Shown here piece after piece: positions 61,828 through 64,000 of a stretch of DNA of 64,000 nt (its first letter is position 1; each line of letters starts with the position of its first letter). Position numbers and translations under genes: made by a program. Source of the DNA: an uncultured Actinomycetota bacterium (lineage in GTDB: Bacteria; Actinomycetota; Actinomycetes; Propionibacteriales; Nocardioidaceae). The stretch covers positions 434,586 through 498,585 of the forward strand of contig CAWIAB010000004.1 of assembly GCA_963833975.1 (NCBI GenBank), in the 5' to 3' direction. Below the pieces are notes generated by a model. The model was not told the DNA's origin. It did no database searches and saw only the letters and a list, made by a program, of their open reading frames with translations.

Positions 61828-63885
61828 TCAGTCTTCGTCGGAGGAGCCGCGGAGCCCGGACACGCTCGGCGTGGTCCGGTTGACCTCCATGAGGAACTCC
61901 ACGTTGCTCTTGGTCTGCCGCAGCTTCTGCAACAGCAGCTCCAGGGCCTGTTGACCCTCGAGGGCTGAGAGCACTCGGCGGAGCTTCCACACGATCTGGA
62001 GCTCGTCCTTGGCCAACAGCAGCTCTTCGCGTCTGGTCCCCGACGCGTCGACGTCGATAGCCGGGAAGATCCGCTTGTCGGCGTACTCACGGCGCAGCCT
62101 GAGCTCCATGTTCCCGGTGCCCTTGAACTCCTCGAAGATGACCTCGTCCATCTTGGACCCGGTCTCGATCAGCGCCGTCGCGAGGATGGTCAGCGAGCCG
62201 CCGTCCTCGATGTTGCGTGCCGCTCCGAAGAAGCGCTTCGGCGGGTACAGCGCGGACGAGTCGACACCACCGGACAGGATGCGCCCACTCGCAGGCGCGG
62301 CCAGGTTGTAGGCGCGGCCCAGCCGGGTGATCGAGTCGAGGAGCACGACAACGTCGTGGCCCAGCTCGACCAGTCGCTTGGCCCGCTCGATGGCCAGCTC
62401 GGCCACGGTCGTGTGGTCGGTCGCGGGACGGTCGAAGGTCGAGGCGATGACCTCGCCCTTGACGGCGCGCTGCATGTCGGTGACCTCTTCGGGCCGCTCG
62501 TCGACGAGCACGACCATCAGATGGCATTCAGGGTTGTTCGTCGTGATCGCGTTGGCGATCGACTGGAGCACGATCGTCTTGCCGGCCTTGGAGGGGCTCA
62601 CGATCAGTCCGCGCTGGCCCTTTCCGACCGGCGCAACGATGTCGATGAGCCGCCCGATCAGCTGGTTGGGCTCGGTCTCGAGACGGAGCCGGTCTGCGGC
62701 GTACAGCGGCGTGAGCTTCGCGAACTCCACGCGGTTGCGGGCCGCGTCCGGCTCGGCGCCGTTGACCGTGTCGATGCGCACCATCGGGTTGAACTTCTCC
62801 CGGCGGTCGGTGTCCTGGCTCTGCCGAACCATGCCGGTGATGGCATCGCCCTTGCGGAGCCCGAACTTGCGGACCATCGACAGCGAGACGTAGACGTCGG
62901 TCGGTCCGGGCAGGTAGCCGGTCGTACGGACGAACGCGTAGTTGTCGAGCAGGTCCAAGATCCCGGCTGCGGGGATCAGCACGTCGTCCTCGTTGACCTG
63001 CGGCTCGCCGTCGCTGCCGCCTACGCGTGGCTTGTCGCGGTCACGGTAGCGGTCCCGGCTGCGGCTGCGGCGACGGCTGTTGCGGCTGCCGGCCTGCGAG
63101 TCGCGATCGGCACCCTGCTGGGCCTCGCGGCTCTGGCTGGTGCCCTGGCCCGCCGGCCGGGAGTCCGAGCCCTGGCTGCTGCCCTGGTTCCGGCTGGACG
63201 GCGACTGGCTGGACTGTCCTTGACCGGACTGTCCTGCGCCGGACTGACCACCCGCCTGCGCTGCGACATGCTGCTCGCGGGCATGCTGCGCCTGGTCACT
63301 GCGGTCCTGAGCACTGTTGTCCTGCTGGCTTGGGCTGCGGTCGCTGCCCTGACCGTCGTGGCCGCTCCGTCCGTCGGCACTCTGGCCACCGGCGAACGGC
63401 TTGTTGCGGTCATGCACCTGCGGCTCCTGCCGGCTGCCGCTGCTGCGGCGCTCTGCGGAGGTGCTGGTACGGCGGGAGATGGAGCGACTGGCTTCCGGAT
63501 CAGCGGCGGTAGGCGCCGCCTCGTCCGTGTCCGGCTCACTTGGTGTCCGCGACGCGCCAGACGTGCGTCGACCGGACGTAGTGCGGGCTGAGGAGCTTGG
63601 CGCGGACGTCCTACTGGTCGACGCGCCTTGGCCCGCCGATGTCTGGCCCGAGCCCTGGCCCGAGCTCTGGCCGGAGCGCTGGGCCGAGGTGATGGCGTCG
63701 ACGAGCGCGCTCTTGCGCATCCCCGTCGTGCCTTTGATGCCGAGCGTGCCGGCAAGGTTCTTGAGATCCGACATCAACATCTTGTTGAGGCCGACCTGCT
63801 TCCCGCGGCTCGTTGAGCCCGCCTCTGCAGTCTCTGCGGAGGCGGAACTGGCGCCGGAGGCGGCGGTGTCGGTGGTTTGGGTCAC
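61828..63885 (-). CDS. rho: transcription termination factor Rho with long Arg/Ser/Gln/Gly-rich N-terminal insertion
   Basis: ORF 61828..63951; preferred GTG at 63885 follows GGAAGGA. C-terminal RecA-type core (GQRGLIVSPSKAGKT..., DSITRLGRAYN). The low-complexity N-terminal domain is typical of Actinomycetota. Confidence 0.9.
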   Translation of the reverse strand: MTQTTDTAASGASSASAETAEAGSTSRGKQVGLNKMLMSDLKNLAGTLGIKGTTGMRKSALVDAITSAQRSGQSSGQGSGQTSAGQGASTSRTSAPSSSARTTSGRRTSGASRTPSEPDTDEAAPTAADPEASRSISRRTSTSAERRSSGSRQEPQVHDRNKPFAGGQSADGRSGHDGQGSDRSPSQQDNSAQDRSDQAQHAREQHVAAQAGGQSGAGQSGQGQSSQSPSSRNQGSSQGSDSRPAGQGTSQSREAQQGADRDSQAGSRNSRRRSRSRDRYRDRDKPRVGGSDGEPQVNEDDVLIPAAGILDLLDNYAFVRTTGYLPGPTDVYVSLSMVRKFGLRKGDAITGMVRQSQDTDRREKFNPMVRIDTVNGAEPDAARNRVEFAKLTPLYAADRLRLETEPNQLIGRLIDIVAPVGKGQRGLIVSPSKAGKTIVLQSIANAITTNNPECHLMVVLVDERPEEVTDMQRAVKGEVIASTFDRPATDHTTVAELAIERAKRLVELGHDVVVLLDSITRLGRAYNLAAPASGRILSGGVDSSALYPPKRFFGAARNIEDGGSLTILATALIETGSKMDEVIFEEFKGTGNMELRLRREYADKRIFPAIDVDASGTRREELLLAKDELQIVWKLRRVLSALEGQQALELLLQKLRQTKSNVEFLMEVNRTTPSVSGLRGSSDED

Positions 63886-64000
63886 GTGAGGTCCTTCCCA
63901 CGTCTGGTGCGCAGTGAAGATTGCGCCCATTGATAGAGGTGAAATGCTCATGCGAATGCTGTGCTGATGCGATCAGCGTGGAATGCCGCGTTGGAAGTAC

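Overview
High-G+C (about 70% by eye) actinobacterial chromosome segment; gene content and order look Nocardioides/Propionibacteriales-like. I saw no rRNA, tRNA, CRISPR, transposase, integrase or phage genes.

Layout:
- Right third (46-64 kb, all minus strand) is a conserved core block: rho, glutathione peroxidase, rpmE, prfA, prmC, threonylcarbamoyl-AMP synthase, WecA-like GT4 transferase, atpZ/atpI-like genes, atpBEFHAGDC, DUF2550, Dabb, an inserted RCC1 gene, and a PduO-type adenosyltransferase.
- Middle (27.7-46 kb) is mixed housekeeping and accessory: nucS, VOC, ferritin, Eis-like GNAT, sthA, PCMT-like methyltransferase, an orphan EF-Tu domain-II protein, GNAT, PadR plus membrane protein, YciI plus ECF42-like sigma, DinB, ethylmalonyl-CoA-mutase-like MeaA, STAS, and a lower-GC patch of secreted proteins.
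- Left 27.7 kb carries acyl-CoA metabolism (double hbd, ccr, mce, thiolase, meaB, icmA-like mutase), a six-gene ABC exporter/MarR operon, a Tet(M)/OtrA-like GTPase, a DivIVA-like protein, an AI-2E permease and a second RCC1 protein.

Main observations:
1. A 22-bp repeat family (sense-strand form GGTTGAGATGCCAGTCCGGTCC) sits directly behind, or on top of, the stop codons of four genes. It occurs as single copies, as an inverted pair, and as two tandem arrays (8 units; 3 inverted plus 7 direct units). It behaves like a REP/BIME or MIRU-type element and is my best candidate for something undescribed.
2. Roughly 45 single-nucleotide indels, almost all +1 insertions, break 10 genes (plausibly 11, counting a tentative deletion in the DivIVA-like N-terminus). 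All lie in the first 27.7 kb; interleaved genes and the remaining 36 kb read cleanly. This is either a local assembly artefact or selective inactivation.
3. One RCC1 gene is flanked by a perfect 14-bp direct repeat that duplicates the ribosome-binding region of the neighbouring adenosyltransferase gene.
4. There are several strong palindromic operator candidates.
5. There is a stand-alone EF-Tu domain-II protein next to a PCMT-like methyltransferase.

I could not support a coherent multi-gene defence- or secretion-type system.
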